Positions 33,401 to 43,129 are shown, numbered from the whole stretch's first letter. The stretch: 63,252 nucleotides of DNA, filler included, from Stramenopiles sp. TOSAG23-2 (GCA_900128395.1; 13 parts of 13 records of this genome joined end to end with filler, not necessarily neighbours in it), one strand, 5' to 3'. Notes: generated by a model from the sequence alone, not told the origin. Made by a program: numbers and translations.

Positions 33401-34987
33401 TCTGCATCCACAAATACACTAGGATATTTTCTAGGAGAACATGCTTCACATAATTTTAATGCTGCAAAAAGTTATTGCGAGGAACGAGGGACAACACTTG
33501 CACTAATCAAAGACGAGGAAAGTCAGCAAAAAGCTGCTGCAGCATGTGGAAAACATACATGTTGGATTGGATTGGTTGAGCATGGAGGAACATGGAAATG
33601 GTTAGATGGTGAGACTCTTTCATATTCTAATTGGAATGATGGAGAACCAAATAATGCTGGTGGTGCTGAAGACTATGCTACTATAAATTGTTGCTCTGAA
33701 ATTGCTGAACATTATACAAATGGCAAATGGAATGATATTTCTGCGGGCCATGACGAAGCACGTCCTCTTTGCGAAGGAAATCCAACTAATACACCAGGAT
33801 CATGTAGTTATACTGCAGTGTACAACAAAGGGTGCAATGATTACATTCATATGGATGATCAGAATACATATGGAATTCAAGGTGGACAAACCACATTAGA
33901 GCAATGTGCTGCTGCAATTAAAAAATTTAACGGAAAGAATGGTTGTAAAGGTAGTAAATATTTTTTCTATGAAAATGGTAAATATTGCAATTGCCCAAAA
34001 GATGATTGTACAACTAGTCCAAACAATAATGCTGGCGGCCCAGGTCAACTATATGAATTTACTGATAGTAGCCAAACAAATTGTGGAGATATTCCAAAAA
34101 ATGATGCTCGCAATATACCAGGTAGAGATGATCAAGACATTGAGGTTGAAGAATATTTTCTAGGAGAACATGCTTCAAATTTTAATGCTGCAAAAAGTTA
34201 TTGCGAGGAACGAGGGACAACACTTGCACTAATCAAAAACGAAGAAAGTCAGCAAAACGCTGCTGCAAAATGTGGAAAACACACATGTTGGATTGGATTA
34301 GTTGAGCATGGTGGTCAAGATGGAACATGGAAGTGGTTAGATGGTGAGACTCTTTCATATTCTAATTGGAATGAAGGAGAACCAAATAATTGGCAGGGCA
34401 ACGATGAAAAAAATGCTATCATGAATTGTTGCGATGAAGATGTTGAATCACCAAATGGTAAATGGCATGATGTGTCTGAAGGATTTGAATCACCTCGTCC
34501 TCTGTGTGGTGAAGGACATGGTAATAATAATGATACAACAAGTATTATTTTGCTTGTTATAATCATAATTGTGTCGCTATTAACAATAGTTGTGTTTGGT
34601 TTCATGTGTTATTTTTTCTGTTGTAATCGTCGCAAGAACAAACAGTCTCGTCGAGCTAGTGTCATGATGAATTCACATGATAATAACTACCAACATGATC
34701 ATGGTGTACATCAACGTAGTGTCGAAATGCAACATCAAGGTACTGGCAATAGCCGTATGAGTAACATCGGAGTAATACAAGGGGTAGTTACTATTCCTGA
34801 AAATACCGTTCAAATGCATGCAAATCCTGTTCAAATGCATACAAATCCATTTATTCAGCATTCTCAAGTGGTTAATATCTCAAAAATACCGACAACGCAA
34901 ACAAGTGATGGTTCATCATCATCAGATATAGTGTCCAATAGTCAAAATAATAACAACAATAATAATGCGTCGAGGATGAGTATATAA
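30488..34987 (+). CDS. Type I membrane multi-lectin receptor: 3 canonical C-type lectin domains, 1 divergent CTLD-like domain, PAN/apple-like and other Cys-rich modules
   Basis: Signal peptide; three CWIGL...WKWLDG...YSNWNxGEPNN...GKWxD...PLC domains; WWLRD...EPNGDY..NCWL...FNDGTC domain; TM IILLVIIIIVSLLTIVVFGFMCYFFCC; cytosolic tail. Confidence 0.9.
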   Translation: MTKSVNILVPFIISIILIGVHGQECCSASDFCCTTPTGSGDGIFHTPAGLHMRAWCFVSGASSANDCPTGFTYQPEHTQCIKDAFQPNTVDTVRSCTVSKNCPTPEIVCGSPTLKSGLHLRVGCYLQGSNVQSCPVGWGSDNHNNNKQCHKNVQAGTLGNSVGVSCKSDARNIPGYFLGEHASNFNAAKSYCEERGTTLALIKNEESQQKAAAKCGKHTCWIGLVEHGGQDGTWKWLDGETLSYSNWNEGEPNNFQGNDEKNAIMNCCDEDVESPNGKWYDAPEGFESPRPLCEENVTTYQNPCVNGVQNATQTYNGKTFTVKCDYLDDAGQAEGIATVGCDTLLGKSPTNINEGCLETFKTTDHNTCKDFGMDIVISRSKKHWEKLFAEYDNTDSYFKTVPGIYKPTDGGSFVNIAMNSDQMTAGGYRSLDGGRWWLRDTPYGEPNGDYRANCWLTFWQDDHKWNVDALKFNDGTCSYSTKKYVCSYNNGSSLESSQQHAPGSCSYTAVYNKGCNDYIHMDDQNTYGIQGGQTTLEQCAAAIKKFNGKNGCKGSKYFFYENGKYCNCPKDDCTTSPNNNAGGPGQLYEFTDSSQTNCGDIPETEQHNVNRDGFNPMENGFCIKEDGGDQNAGVIKLNSLDINTAERRENCLDLCEATSGYTGCEGIWNQANRGCYVHTDAVSRGNNAGNHVCWIRKNSNVINHETVDPNLHLIYSNDFLHGNDGWKCEDPILSCGTWGKVCRAGGNGATIERTFNVQPGKFSITLDLLSIDSYDNEYNSVYINGYKCFSKMYQVSTGEKVCGVEHWNDRKDHIVCNYELAGGTKLNIKITSTIDQNVEDESVGFTNLKIFGEENAQVVPKTSRSTKTDAEFCHDECLAKSFCCNDHTIGSNQKLSCSQACMIRLRGTSEDVCKSYCNDGQNGCSLGINGNDYRLCQKCNDLTDQCPHGVQNKEPCMAGCGMSKEMYDEYDSASTNTLGYFLGEHASHNFNAAKSYCEERGTTLALIKDEESQQKAAAACGKHTCWIGLVEHGGTWKWLDGETLSYSNWNDGEPNNAGGAEDYATINCCSEIAEHYTNGKWNDISAGHDEARPLCEGNPTNTPGSCSYTAVYNKGCNDYIHMDDQNTYGIQGGQTTLEQCAAAIKKFNGKNGCKGSKYFFYENGKYCNCPKDDCTTSPNNNAGGPGQLYEFTDSSQTNCGDIPKNDARNIPGRDDQDIEVEEYFLGEHASNFNAAKSYCEERGTTLALIKNEESQQNAAAKCGKHTCWIGLVEHGGQDGTWKWLDGETLSYSNWNEGEPNNWQGNDEKNAIMNCCDEDVESPNGKWHDVSEGFESPRPLCGEGHGNNNDTTSIILLVIIIIVSLLTIVVFGFMCYFFCCNRRKNKQSRRASVMMNSHDNNYQHDHGVHQRSVEMQHQGTGNSRMSNIGVIQGVVTIPENTVQMHANPVQMHTNPFIQHSQVVNISKIPTTQTSDGSSSSDIVSNSQNNNNNNNASRMSI
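31994..34096 (+). repeat. Exact 300-bp intragenic duplication (31994-32293 and 33797-34096)
   Basis: The GSCSYTAVYNKGC...QTNCGDIP module appears twice with apparently identical DNA. Confidence 0.9.
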
Positions 34988-35562
34988 AATTTTTACATTT
35001 TTTTAGAGCACGTACGACACCCTACGTGTGTGTTTTGTGCAAAAAAAATTTAAACACACCACACAAAAGAGATATATTTTTTATTATTTCAGAAATATAT
35101 ATACATAAAAATAAATTATGCGTAAATTAAATATATATATCATGTATAATGATAATTTTACTTTCTTCAAAACACTTTTCTTCTCACTTTGACTGACTAT
35201 ATATTTTCACTTGATTTTGGCGTGGTTTTTTCTACTACACAACCCGCTTAAGTTGATTTTGTACTTGTTAGAATATTATCAAATGGACCTAATATTATGG
35301 CACCACCAAAAATCATCTTCATCTTTTTTTTTTTTCTCAATTCAACCTAATTTTTTTTTTTTATTTTTTTCATCATGAAAGAAAGAACATATGGGAGAGA
35401 CATGACATATTGATGCATCATCATGGATATACCCAAAAGTAATTGTTTCCTTTTACATTTAANNNNNNNNNNNNNNNNNNNNNNNNNNNNNNNNNNNNNN
35501 NNNNNNTTAATTAATTAANNNNNNNNNNNNNNNNNNNNNNNNNNNNNNNNNNNNNNNNNNNN

Positions 35563-38475
35563 GAGTCATTGCTCGCATTTGACACAGCAAATGGTACAGT
35601 ATCGATACATGGTACGTTAAATGTTCACGGTGGCATACGGGAAGAACCATGTGTAATAAGGCTTGGAGAAGGTGAATCATATTTGTATAAATTATGTGGT
35701 ACAAAAAGTATGGTGGTTATAGCGAAAACAGTCAACCAGACTGGTTCAGATGTAAGTAGTGGTTCAGCACTACTACTTCCTCACGTTGATGGAGACATTA
35801 TACGCAGAGGATACCGTGTCACCATTATCAGCGGGAGCAAGGATAATTCTATTAACGATTTTACAATCAAAGTTGATGACCGTGTTCAAGAGCAGTACAT
35901 TATCAACGGAAAAGAAAGGGGTTCTGTTAAGATATCTAAATATACCAGCGTAGTTGATTGTATAGGTACAAGTGAAGGATATAATCAATGGGTTTGTGAA
36001 CTAAGGACAGATGACGGACAAGTTGTGTCTACGGGAAGTTCTCCCGGTTTATTTTCTACGGTGACAATCACCGAAAGTGTGATATTAAAAGGTTTAGGAA
36101 TTAATGCAGAGAATAATAATGTAAACGTTGTATTAAAGGATGACTCTAGAAATGCCTTACAATTTTCTGGGACAACATTTAAAATAATCGGCATTACCAA
36201 TAATAATTTTGCAACCGTAACTGTAGGCACCAAATTTACCGATGAAACTATACTACCCACTATAGAGACTTTCAAGGAAGGCAATTATGTATATATATCT
36301 GGGGTAAGAAATATGTCACAAGTCAATTTTGGAACGTACAAAATACATAGTGTTGCTGTAAATTTGGATAACATACAATTGGTGTTAGCCGGGCTAAATA
36401 CAAGTGCTTTCCCAAAGTTCATTGTAAGTGAAGAAAAAACTGCTAAAATTGTCAAAGTAATTTCTAGTTTTAATACAAGGAAAGATCATGAAACTGTTAG
36501 TATTTTCAATGATTTTCATGTAAACAGTAAATTGACAACTAATAAAGATATCCTTTTTACTGGACCTAATCCAACTATATCTTTCTTTTCAGGGGCGACG
36601 TTGAGTGTGCCCCATGGCACCACTAAAGCGTTTGATTTAACGTGGAGTAGAAGTGGTCATGGAATCTCCCCAGCGGTTTCTACATCAAATACTGCAGTAG
36701 TAATAACAACGAAAGAAAATCATTTATTCAGTGATGGTGATGCTATACTTTTGACAAATATATTATTTGATGGAAATAGCGAAACCAATTTTCAAGGTAG
36801 AGAATCGTATATACGAGTTTTGTCCAAAACGCAATTTGAACTACCCCGTGTCCATGGAGACAACATGGAGGGTATCGGTGGAGCAGTTGGCCACATTGAT
36901 AATACATTAGTGATGCATATTGCAAGTATCACTAGTGCTAATCCAGCACAAGTGACTACTTTCCACCCACATAATCTCAATACAAATGATTTAATTATTG
37001 TTACCGATGTACTAGGGATGACTAAGATAAACCGCCAGATTTATTCCATAAAAACAACAGACAACGATTTTTCATTCACCCTAAATAATTATCCAAACAC
37101 ACACGAAACTACATCCTCGACAGAATGGAGTTCTTATACAGATTATGGGCGTATCATTAAAATTAATCACAATGCGTCATATAAATATATAAAAATTGAG
37201 ATTGACAGTAATAACAATAAAATCATGAATTTAGCTTTTGAAACTACTATTCAAAATATTACGGAAGGAGACATTGTAACATTTTTTATCAATGAAAAAG
37301 CACTGTCAAGCAGAAATGGACAACGGTTCATTGTTAGCAATATAAGCGACGACGGAAAGGAAGTAAATATTGTTAGTGCAACTTATAACACAACGTCGAG
37401 CGACGGTTGTGGTGGAATTTCATCAAATTGTACAGGTAGTATATTTAAGATTAGTGACAATATGCTGATGCTTGCAGAGGGCATAACGTTCGCCCCTGAT
37501 AGAAAATTGCATATTTTTTCACATCAACACGGTTTCCTACAAAAAGATACACCGTTTACAGTTGTATTGAACAATGTGCGAGGTAAAGTTGAATTAAATG
37601 GTGGTACATTTTTAGTCCATTCGGTCGCGAGTGAAAACACATTAGTTATGGACAATCAAAATATTGAGTACTCTGATGATAATAAATATTTTGGTAGTGG
37701 CATTGTCACTAAAGTGGAACCAACAACATGTTATAAAATACGCAGAGTTTCCCAACGCCTTGCAAATAATCCATTTTTTGTACATAACGTCGTAGTAGAA
37801 TTGATGGAAAATGACAAGGGAATTATGCTTTCGAAAGGCGATGAAATAGTTATTCATGATGCAATGCAAAATTCCGTGGTGAAAAATAGAGTAACTATCA
37901 TATATACATTTACGACACAGGTAAAAACATTACAAGAATTTGATTACATGAAGCTTCACCTCTCGTCCTCAATGGTATCTTACGAAAGTGAGAATCCACC
38001 ACAAATTTATGAAAGTTCATGTGGAAATCTTAAATGGGAATTAAATACGTCAAGGTCCAACCATGAAATTGTTTTAAATTTCACTGTGATAAAGAATACT
38101 TTAGAACCTGGGAAAGAATGCCTTTTATCAATGATAGGCTTCAAAACAAATATGACTACAGAAGCAAATACATCGTTTATTCAAATAGCTTCTAATGCAA
38201 GTACAACTGATGATGAAAGAATTTTAAAGGTAAAGGAATTTTATTCAGATTCTATTGGCACTTCGATTATAGAAAATAGACTTACTACGAATGAGACTGT
38301 ACTACCGGTACCATTTAATCGTCCACTTCTATTAACATATAAATTTGCTTTGTCTAGTAGCATTGATAATGGTACTCGCATCGTGTTAAAATTGCCAGGT
38401 TTTACAGTTCCAACTAATGGCTTAGTACATGTTGAAGAGTCCACCAATTGCCATTTGCAGCTTCCTGGCCTTTAA
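35563..38475 (+). CDS. Internal fragment of a giant beta-rich protein with repeated E1-FCCH-like modules of the type seen in phage structural proteins
   Basis: Open from the contig edge for about 970 codons, no introns. Modules IASITSANPAQVTTFHPHNLNTNDLIIVTDVLGMTKIN, GITNNNFATVTV...GNYVYISGVRNMSQVN and VVITTKENHLFSDGDAILL. Confidence 0.75.
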   Translation, partial: ESLLAFDTANGTVSIHGTLNVHGGIREEPCVIRLGEGESYLYKLCGTKSMVVIAKTVNQTGSDVSSGSALLLPHVDGDIIRRGYRVTIISGSKDNSINDFTIKVDDRVQEQYIINGKERGSVKISKYTSVVDCIGTSEGYNQWVCELRTDDGQVVSTGSSPGLFSTVTITESVILKGLGINAENNNVNVVLKDDSRNALQFSGTTFKIIGITNNNFATVTVGTKFTDETILPTIETFKEGNYVYISGVRNMSQVNFGTYKIHSVAVNLDNIQLVLAGLNTSAFPKFIVSEEKTAKIVKVISSFNTRKDHETVSIFNDFHVNSKLTTNKDILFTGPNPTISFFSGATLSVPHGTTKAFDLTWSRSGHGISPAVSTSNTAVVITTKENHLFSDGDAILLTNILFDGNSETNFQGRESYIRVLSKTQFELPRVHGDNMEGIGGAVGHIDNTLVMHIASITSANPAQVTTFHPHNLNTNDLIIVTDVLGMTKINRQIYSIKTTDNDFSFTLNNYPNTHETTSSTEWSSYTDYGRIIKINHNASYKYIKIEIDSNNNKIMNLAFETTIQNITEGDIVTFFINEKALSSRNGQRFIVSNISDDGKEVNIVSATYNTTSSDGCGGISSNCTGSIFKISDNMLMLAEGITFAPDRKLHIFSHQHGFLQKDTPFTVVLNNVRGKVELNGGTFLVHSVASENTLVMDNQNIEYSDDNKYFGSGIVTKVEPTTCYKIRRVSQRLANNPFFVHNVVVELMENDKGIMLSKGDEIVIHDAMQNSVVKNRVTIIYTFTTQVKTLQEFDYMKLHLSSSMVSYESENPPQIYESSCGNLKWELNTSRSNHEIVLNFTVIKNTLEPGKECLLSMIGFKTNMTTEANTSFIQIASNASTTDDERILKVKEFYSDSIGTSIIENRLTTNETVLPVPFNRPLLLTYKFALSSSIDNGTRIVLKLPGFTVPTNGLVHVEESTNCHLQLPGL

Positions 38476-41380
38476 TATTCAATGCTTGCCCATCACCACT
38501 AGTATGCGGTGGGCGTGTGATAGTGAACGGGTCATCATCACCAATCACCATATTTTCACTGTCGTCTAATTTCACTCGTACTTTAAATTCCCCGGAACCT
38601 TTTCGCTTTGTATACAAGTGTAAGCTCCCACTGTACATATCACTATCATCCGCGCGGTCCTCAATATGTATCTTGGAAAAAATGGAGGCAACCTTTACTC
38701 TGTTGTCAGAGCTATATCCTGCAAAAGCTAGGGTACCGACAGTATCATTGTGTAAATTTGCTACAGGTATTTCTGACGGATTAGTGCCATTTCTATCACG
38801 TGATAAGACAATCGTAGCACCACTGCTATCTTCACTATCCGAGGAAGATCGAACGAAAATACTTTCATCTATGTTAGTTTCAATAACAAGTGGCGATGCG
38901 GGTTGATAATACAAGTTGTTTGAAGTCTGTCCCAACTGTACCAATCGCATCATTTGTAACGCGGTTGTTCCTGTATTTAAGCCTTCGACTGTTACAAGGC
39001 TCGACCTAGATTGCGACATGTAGTTTGCAGAACTTGACTGTACATTTAAAGCTGTTCCCCCTTCAAGATTGTTTGCTTGTATGTCAACAATTTTGCCACT
39101 TGTTTGCGCGTTTGCGTCTATTTTTACTAAAGACCCATCATTATCGAGGCTGGTCCCCACGGAGGAGACTTGAAACGCTGTTCCACTCGTCAACGAATCT
39201 GCAGATATTTTTGCAACCACTCCAGACTGTATATTATTTGCTTCAAGCAAAATTGGATTCACTGCATATTTTGAAGTAGTAGAGACATGTAATAATTTTC
39301 CCGTTGTCAAAGTATCCCACTCAGTTCTATAAGCTCCGATCCATTTCCATGAATTGGTATTTGCAACTATTTCATAACCGAAGAAAGCATCCGTGAAAAC
39401 ATGATCAGACGATGTGCGTATTTGATAGGTTACGTTATTTGCCTTTGAAAATAAATTTGCTTCAACATTACCAATTTTTAACGTTGTTACGTAACCACTT
39501 TGAACACTTATATTATTTTTAATTTGAAAGGTAATGTTGTAAGCAGACTGATCTAATATGGTTAAATTAAAACGCAATTGTTCTGCCTTCACATCATTGG
39601 CGATAGTTACAAACCCTTCCGATTCGATAATGTTATCAAAGTGCGCAACGTTACTTCTAATTGTTATTTGCCCTGACGTTGGGATCGTGTGCGTAGGTGT
39701 AAATTCAAAAACTAAGCTTCCATGATTTTTACCCAATACATAGGAATCTGTTAAATATATTTCTTGAAAAACTACGCTATGTGGATTTAATATTTTGTAA
39801 CCATCCTGATTTTCTAGCTTTGTCGTATCTTTACTAGTTTTTATGTTAAAATTCACCTCCAAAACATTCGATGGGTTCATTTGCAAACCACCAGAGCATC
39901 TAAATTCAACCAGTTCACCGGCTACTAATTTATGTTCCAAAGTTATTTCTATTGTACGTTTATCCACAACTTCAGTCTTTGAATTAAAAGATAACTCTTG
40001 AAGCCATCCATCACAAATAGTTAGTATAGGTTCAACGACAAATAAATCAGATGTTGCTGTCAATATCACCAGATCATTGATTTCTAATGTTGTTTGTGGT
40101 AGAAAGGAAAAAATGAAATCTCCGCCATTTCTTCCCCCAATGTAACTCCCCTTCCGTTCGGCGCCGATCCATTGAACGCTTTGAGTATTAACAATTTCAT
40201 ATCCAACTTGGTCTATTAACTTTGTTGTATCTGACGATGTCGATATGTTAAACGTCACCACTGCTGCAGAAGATGAAGAAAAAGATGATGGGCAATGAAT
40301 CTGCGCAAGTTGTCCCCAGGGAAGAGATTCTCTTAAATGAATTTTCAACCACGTTGTTCCTATGTAAGTTTCAACTTCGATTTCCAGACCATTGCTATAT
40401 AAAGAACATTCGTTCTCAACGTCGCTGATGTTAAAAATATCAATGCTGCCATTAACTAGAATNNNNNNNNNNNNNNNNNNNNNNNNNNNNNNNNNNNNNN
40501 NNNNNNNNNNNNNNNNNNNAACTAGAATAAAACCATTTGCAATGACCCTGGTACTTGGAATAAATTCAATTACCAATGGGCCCAACGCATTGTTCACCAC
40601 GTACGACTGTAATCTAGATGCTTTTACCCACTTCACAATTTTCTTATTTGCAGGACTTATCTCGTACCCAATTAAATTTGTTATTAGATTGCTGCGAGTG
40701 CTATTTATAGCAAAGGAAATGATTTCGTTTGCATAATCATCCGTGACTAAATTCGATGAGCATTCTAAAAATACTCGATGGCCAGGTGCTATCTCAATGT
40801 CAAATTTTGCAACCAATGCAACATCATACTGTTCATGGGTCGTTGCTGAGATATATGTGGTAGGATTTACCATAATTTCATTTATCTTACCAGAGCATTC
40901 AATTGGTCCAATTTGTTTGAAAACTGCCGTCGCATTCGAAGGGTAAATATACAACGATTCATCAAGTAGAATCCTACTTTGAGGTATAAACTCAAAACGT
41001 AAAAAGCCATTTCCAGGGTCATTGACGACAGAGATGCCACTGCCAACCGTTAAATTGGGAAGATGAATGTCAAGTACATTGCCAGTTGATAACGCGCCTG
41101 CAGAAAAATCTAAGAGGGTCCCAGCCGTGACTGGTGACGTTGGAACACCACCATCAATCACTAAACCATTTTTATGTAGTTCAATTATAGTAGTGTCATT
41201 TGAAGTGGAAAAATCCAACAAACCGCCGGTAAAAGTTACGTTGCCAGTTGCTGTAACATCTTTAAATTTAGAAGAAGAATTGCCGGATAACATGTAATCG
41301 CCATGTCGGTTCTTTCTTGTACAAATCCATTCTTTATCAGCATCTACACTGGTACAGGTAACTATAGGAGTCCTTCGACC
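38414..41380 (-). CDS. Internal fragment of a giant beta-rich protein with about 140-aa beta-sandwich-like repeats and phage-tail-fibre-like motifs
   Basis: Open from the contig edge (GRRTPIVTCTSVDADKEWIC...). Four FxFxPxT...FxIxTSxD...GYEI repeats, then beta-helix-like SLTSGTAFQV repeats, then IVLSRDRNGT...DTVGTLAFAGY...VASI...GSLHLYT. Confidence 0.75.
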   Translation of the reverse strand, partial: GRRTPIVTCTSVDADKEWICTRKNRHGDYMLSGNSSSKFKDVTATGNVTFTGGLLDFSTSNDTTIIELHKNGLVIDGGVPTSPVTAGTLLDFSAGALSTGNVLDIHLPNLTVGSGISVVNDPGNGFLRFEFIPQSRILLDESLYIYPSNATAVFKQIGPIECSGKINEIMVNPTTYISATTHEQYDVALVAKFDIEIAPGHRVFLECSSNLVTDDYANEIISFAINSTRSNLITNLIGYEISPANKKIVKWVKASRLQSYVVNNALGPLVIEFIPSTRVIANGFILVXXXXXXXXXXXXXXXXXXXILVNGSIDIFNISDVENECSLYSNGLEIEVETYIGTTWLKIHLRESLPWGQLAQIHCPSSFSSSSAAVVTFNISTSSDTTKLIDQVGYEIVNTQSVQWIGAERKGSYIGGRNGGDFIFSFLPQTTLEINDLVILTATSDLFVVEPILTICDGWLQELSFNSKTEVVDKRTIEITLEHKLVAGELVEFRCSGGLQMNPSNVLEVNFNIKTSKDTTKLENQDGYKILNPHSVVFQEIYLTDSYVLGKNHGSLVFEFTPTHTIPTSGQITIRSNVAHFDNIIESEGFVTIANDVKAEQLRFNLTILDQSAYNITFQIKNNISVQSGYVTTLKIGNVEANLFSKANNVTYQIRTSSDHVFTDAFFGYEIVANTNSWKWIGAYRTEWDTLTTGKLLHVSTTSKYAVNPILLEANNIQSGVVAKISADSLTSGTAFQVSSVGTSLDNDGSLVKIDANAQTSGKIVDIQANNLEGGTALNVQSSSANYMSQSRSSLVTVEGLNTGTTALQMMRLVQLGQTSNNLYYQPASPLVIETNIDESIFVRSSSDSEDSSGATIVLSRDRNGTNPSEIPVANLHNDTVGTLAFAGYSSDNRVKVASIFSKIHIEDRADDSDMYSGSLHLYTKRKGSGEFKVRVKLDDSENMVIGDDDPFTITRPPHTSGDGQALNIKGQEAANGNWWTLQHVLSH

Positions 41381-41480
41381 NNNNNNNNNNNNNNNNNNNN
41401 NNNNNNNNNNNNNNNNNNNNNNNNTTAATTAATTAANNNNNNNNNNNNNNNNNNNNNNNNNNNNNNNNNNNNNNNNNNNN

Positions 41481-41638
41481 TTGGTAATCCATTTTGTGTT
41501 ATTGCATATGCATTAGCATCTTGGCAATTTTTTAAAGATCGTATCCCATTTGAAGAAATGTGTTTAGAGCAAATGTATGGAAAAGAATATGATGAGTATA
41601 AAAAGAAAACAATTATTGGTATACCATTTATTTCGTAA
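41481..41638 (+). CDS. ICMT: C-terminal fragment of protein-S-isoprenylcysteine O-methyltransferase (Ste14), cut by contig edge
   Basis: Manual translation from 41483: GNPFCVIAYALASWQFFKDRIPFEEMCLEQMYGKEYDEYKKKTIIGIPFIS*, matching the ICMT C-terminal NP...WxFFxDRxxxEE...GxEYxEYKK...GxPFI pattern. Confidence 0.9.
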
Positions 41639-42130
41639 AGCTTGACGACTAACTTTTGTACCCACAATACCTATTATTTTTGCACCAAAATTAATTACCA
41701 CCAATTACACAATAAGTAGAATAAGTATATACCAACTCTTATTAACCCCCACTTATTAGACTATACCATAGTTCTAATATTAAGTATAATAGTTGCAAAA
41801 CCCTGGTACATTTTTTTTTAAAAAAGCACCGCGTGCCTCGCGTGCAAAAAAAAAAAAATGTTTTTTTTGTTTTCTTTTTTTCTTTTTTTTATTATCGGAA
41901 TAGTAGAGAAGAAGAACGAAAAAAAGAAAAAACAAAATTAAAATTAAAAAAAAATGTATTGTGTGCTATAATAATAATTGCAATCCATCATCATGGCACA
42001 ATATTAATAATACAAAAACAAAACAAAAAAAAACATGTCTTAAGAGATAGTCTTGTATGAAAAAAAACTAAAGAAAAAAACAACATATACAATTATGGAA
42101 CAGTAAAAATAATCAAAAAAAATAATAATC

Positions 42131-43129
42131 ATGGAGATTGAAAATGGAAAAAATTTACACCAACAACCAACAACATCAATAATTTATACATATTTTTCTA
42201 TATATTTATTTGCCTGTTGTGGCATTTTGATACGAATATTCATAACAATGGCAGCAACAACAACGTTATCCTCATCACCGACCAGTAAATATTTTGGTAC
42301 TGGCTATTTGATACAAAATATTGTAGGGACATTCATATTGGGAATTTTATCGAATGTTAAAAAAGGAAAATATTTTATTTCACCATCCATCACAACTGGA
42401 TTTTGTGGTAGTTTAACCACTTATTCATCTTGGCAGTTATATATAACAATTCATTTACTTTTGAAAAATAATTATCAAATATTAGATGCTTTAATGAATG
42501 GCATTGTATGCTATTGTATGTTTTATATTGCATTCGTTGTGGGTAGGCATGTAGGTGAATGGATGATATATAAGAATAAAATAATTGATCTGCCATTGGC
42601 ATCATCAAAATTCTATCGTTCGTATCAATTATTTATCATCTTTGCAACAATTTTTATATTCATAATATTGTTGATTTTAACGTTTATTGTTGAAAATGTA
42701 TTACGTCCATATATATTATGTTGTCTATTGGGTAGTTTTGGCGCTTTGTTACGGTATAAGTTAGGTTTATATAACGAAGTAAATAATAGCACACGATTTC
42801 GTTATTTATTTACATTTATTGCCAATGTTTCTGGCACAATTATCATTTACATTGTTTATTTTATTGGTATTCGTAATAATACATCATCGTTTAAAAATGA
42901 AATTGAAATAGGTACAGGTGTTTGGTCAAATGATTTGCTTTATTCTATTCAAATAGGTTTTTGTGGTTCATTGACCACTGTATCTACATTTATGAATGAA
43001 CTTTATATATTAACTACAAGTGGTAAAGAAGGGGTAACAAAAGAACGTGGATATTTATATCAATATATTGTCATTACATTTGTTACATGTCAAATACTTG
43101 GTTTGATATTATCATTTATCTTTGTTTAA
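42131..43129 (+). CDS. FEX1: Fluoride export protein (eukaryotic FEX, two fused CrcB/Fluc domains)
   Basis: Two Fluc signatures: GILIR...NIVGTFILG...GFCGSLTTYSSW and GALLR...ANVSGT...GFCGSLTTVSTF. About 9 TM segments. Confidence 0.9.
   Translation: MEIENGKNLHQQPTTSIIYTYFSIYLFACCGILIRIFITMAATTTLSSSPTSKYFGTGYLIQNIVGTFILGILSNVKKGKYFISPSITTGFCGSLTTYSSWQLYITIHLLLKNNYQILDALMNGIVCYCMFYIAFVVGRHVGEWMIYKNKIIDLPLASSKFYRSYQLFIIFATIFIFIILLILTFIVENVLRPYILCCLLGSFGALLRYKLGLYNEVNNSTRFRYLFTFIANVSGTIIIYIVYFIGIRNNTSSFKNEIEIGTGVWSNDLLYSIQIGFCGSLTTVSTFMNELYILTTSGKEGVTKERGYLYQYIVITFVTCQILGLILSFIFV

Noticed and set aside
1948-41638. Alternative genetic code or stop-codon readthrough
   Set aside because: Conserved genes end at the expected positions with TAA (AP2S1, PSMA4, ICMT), TGA (ATG4) and TAG (nucleotidase). 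The breaks seen are explained by introns or single-base frameshifts.
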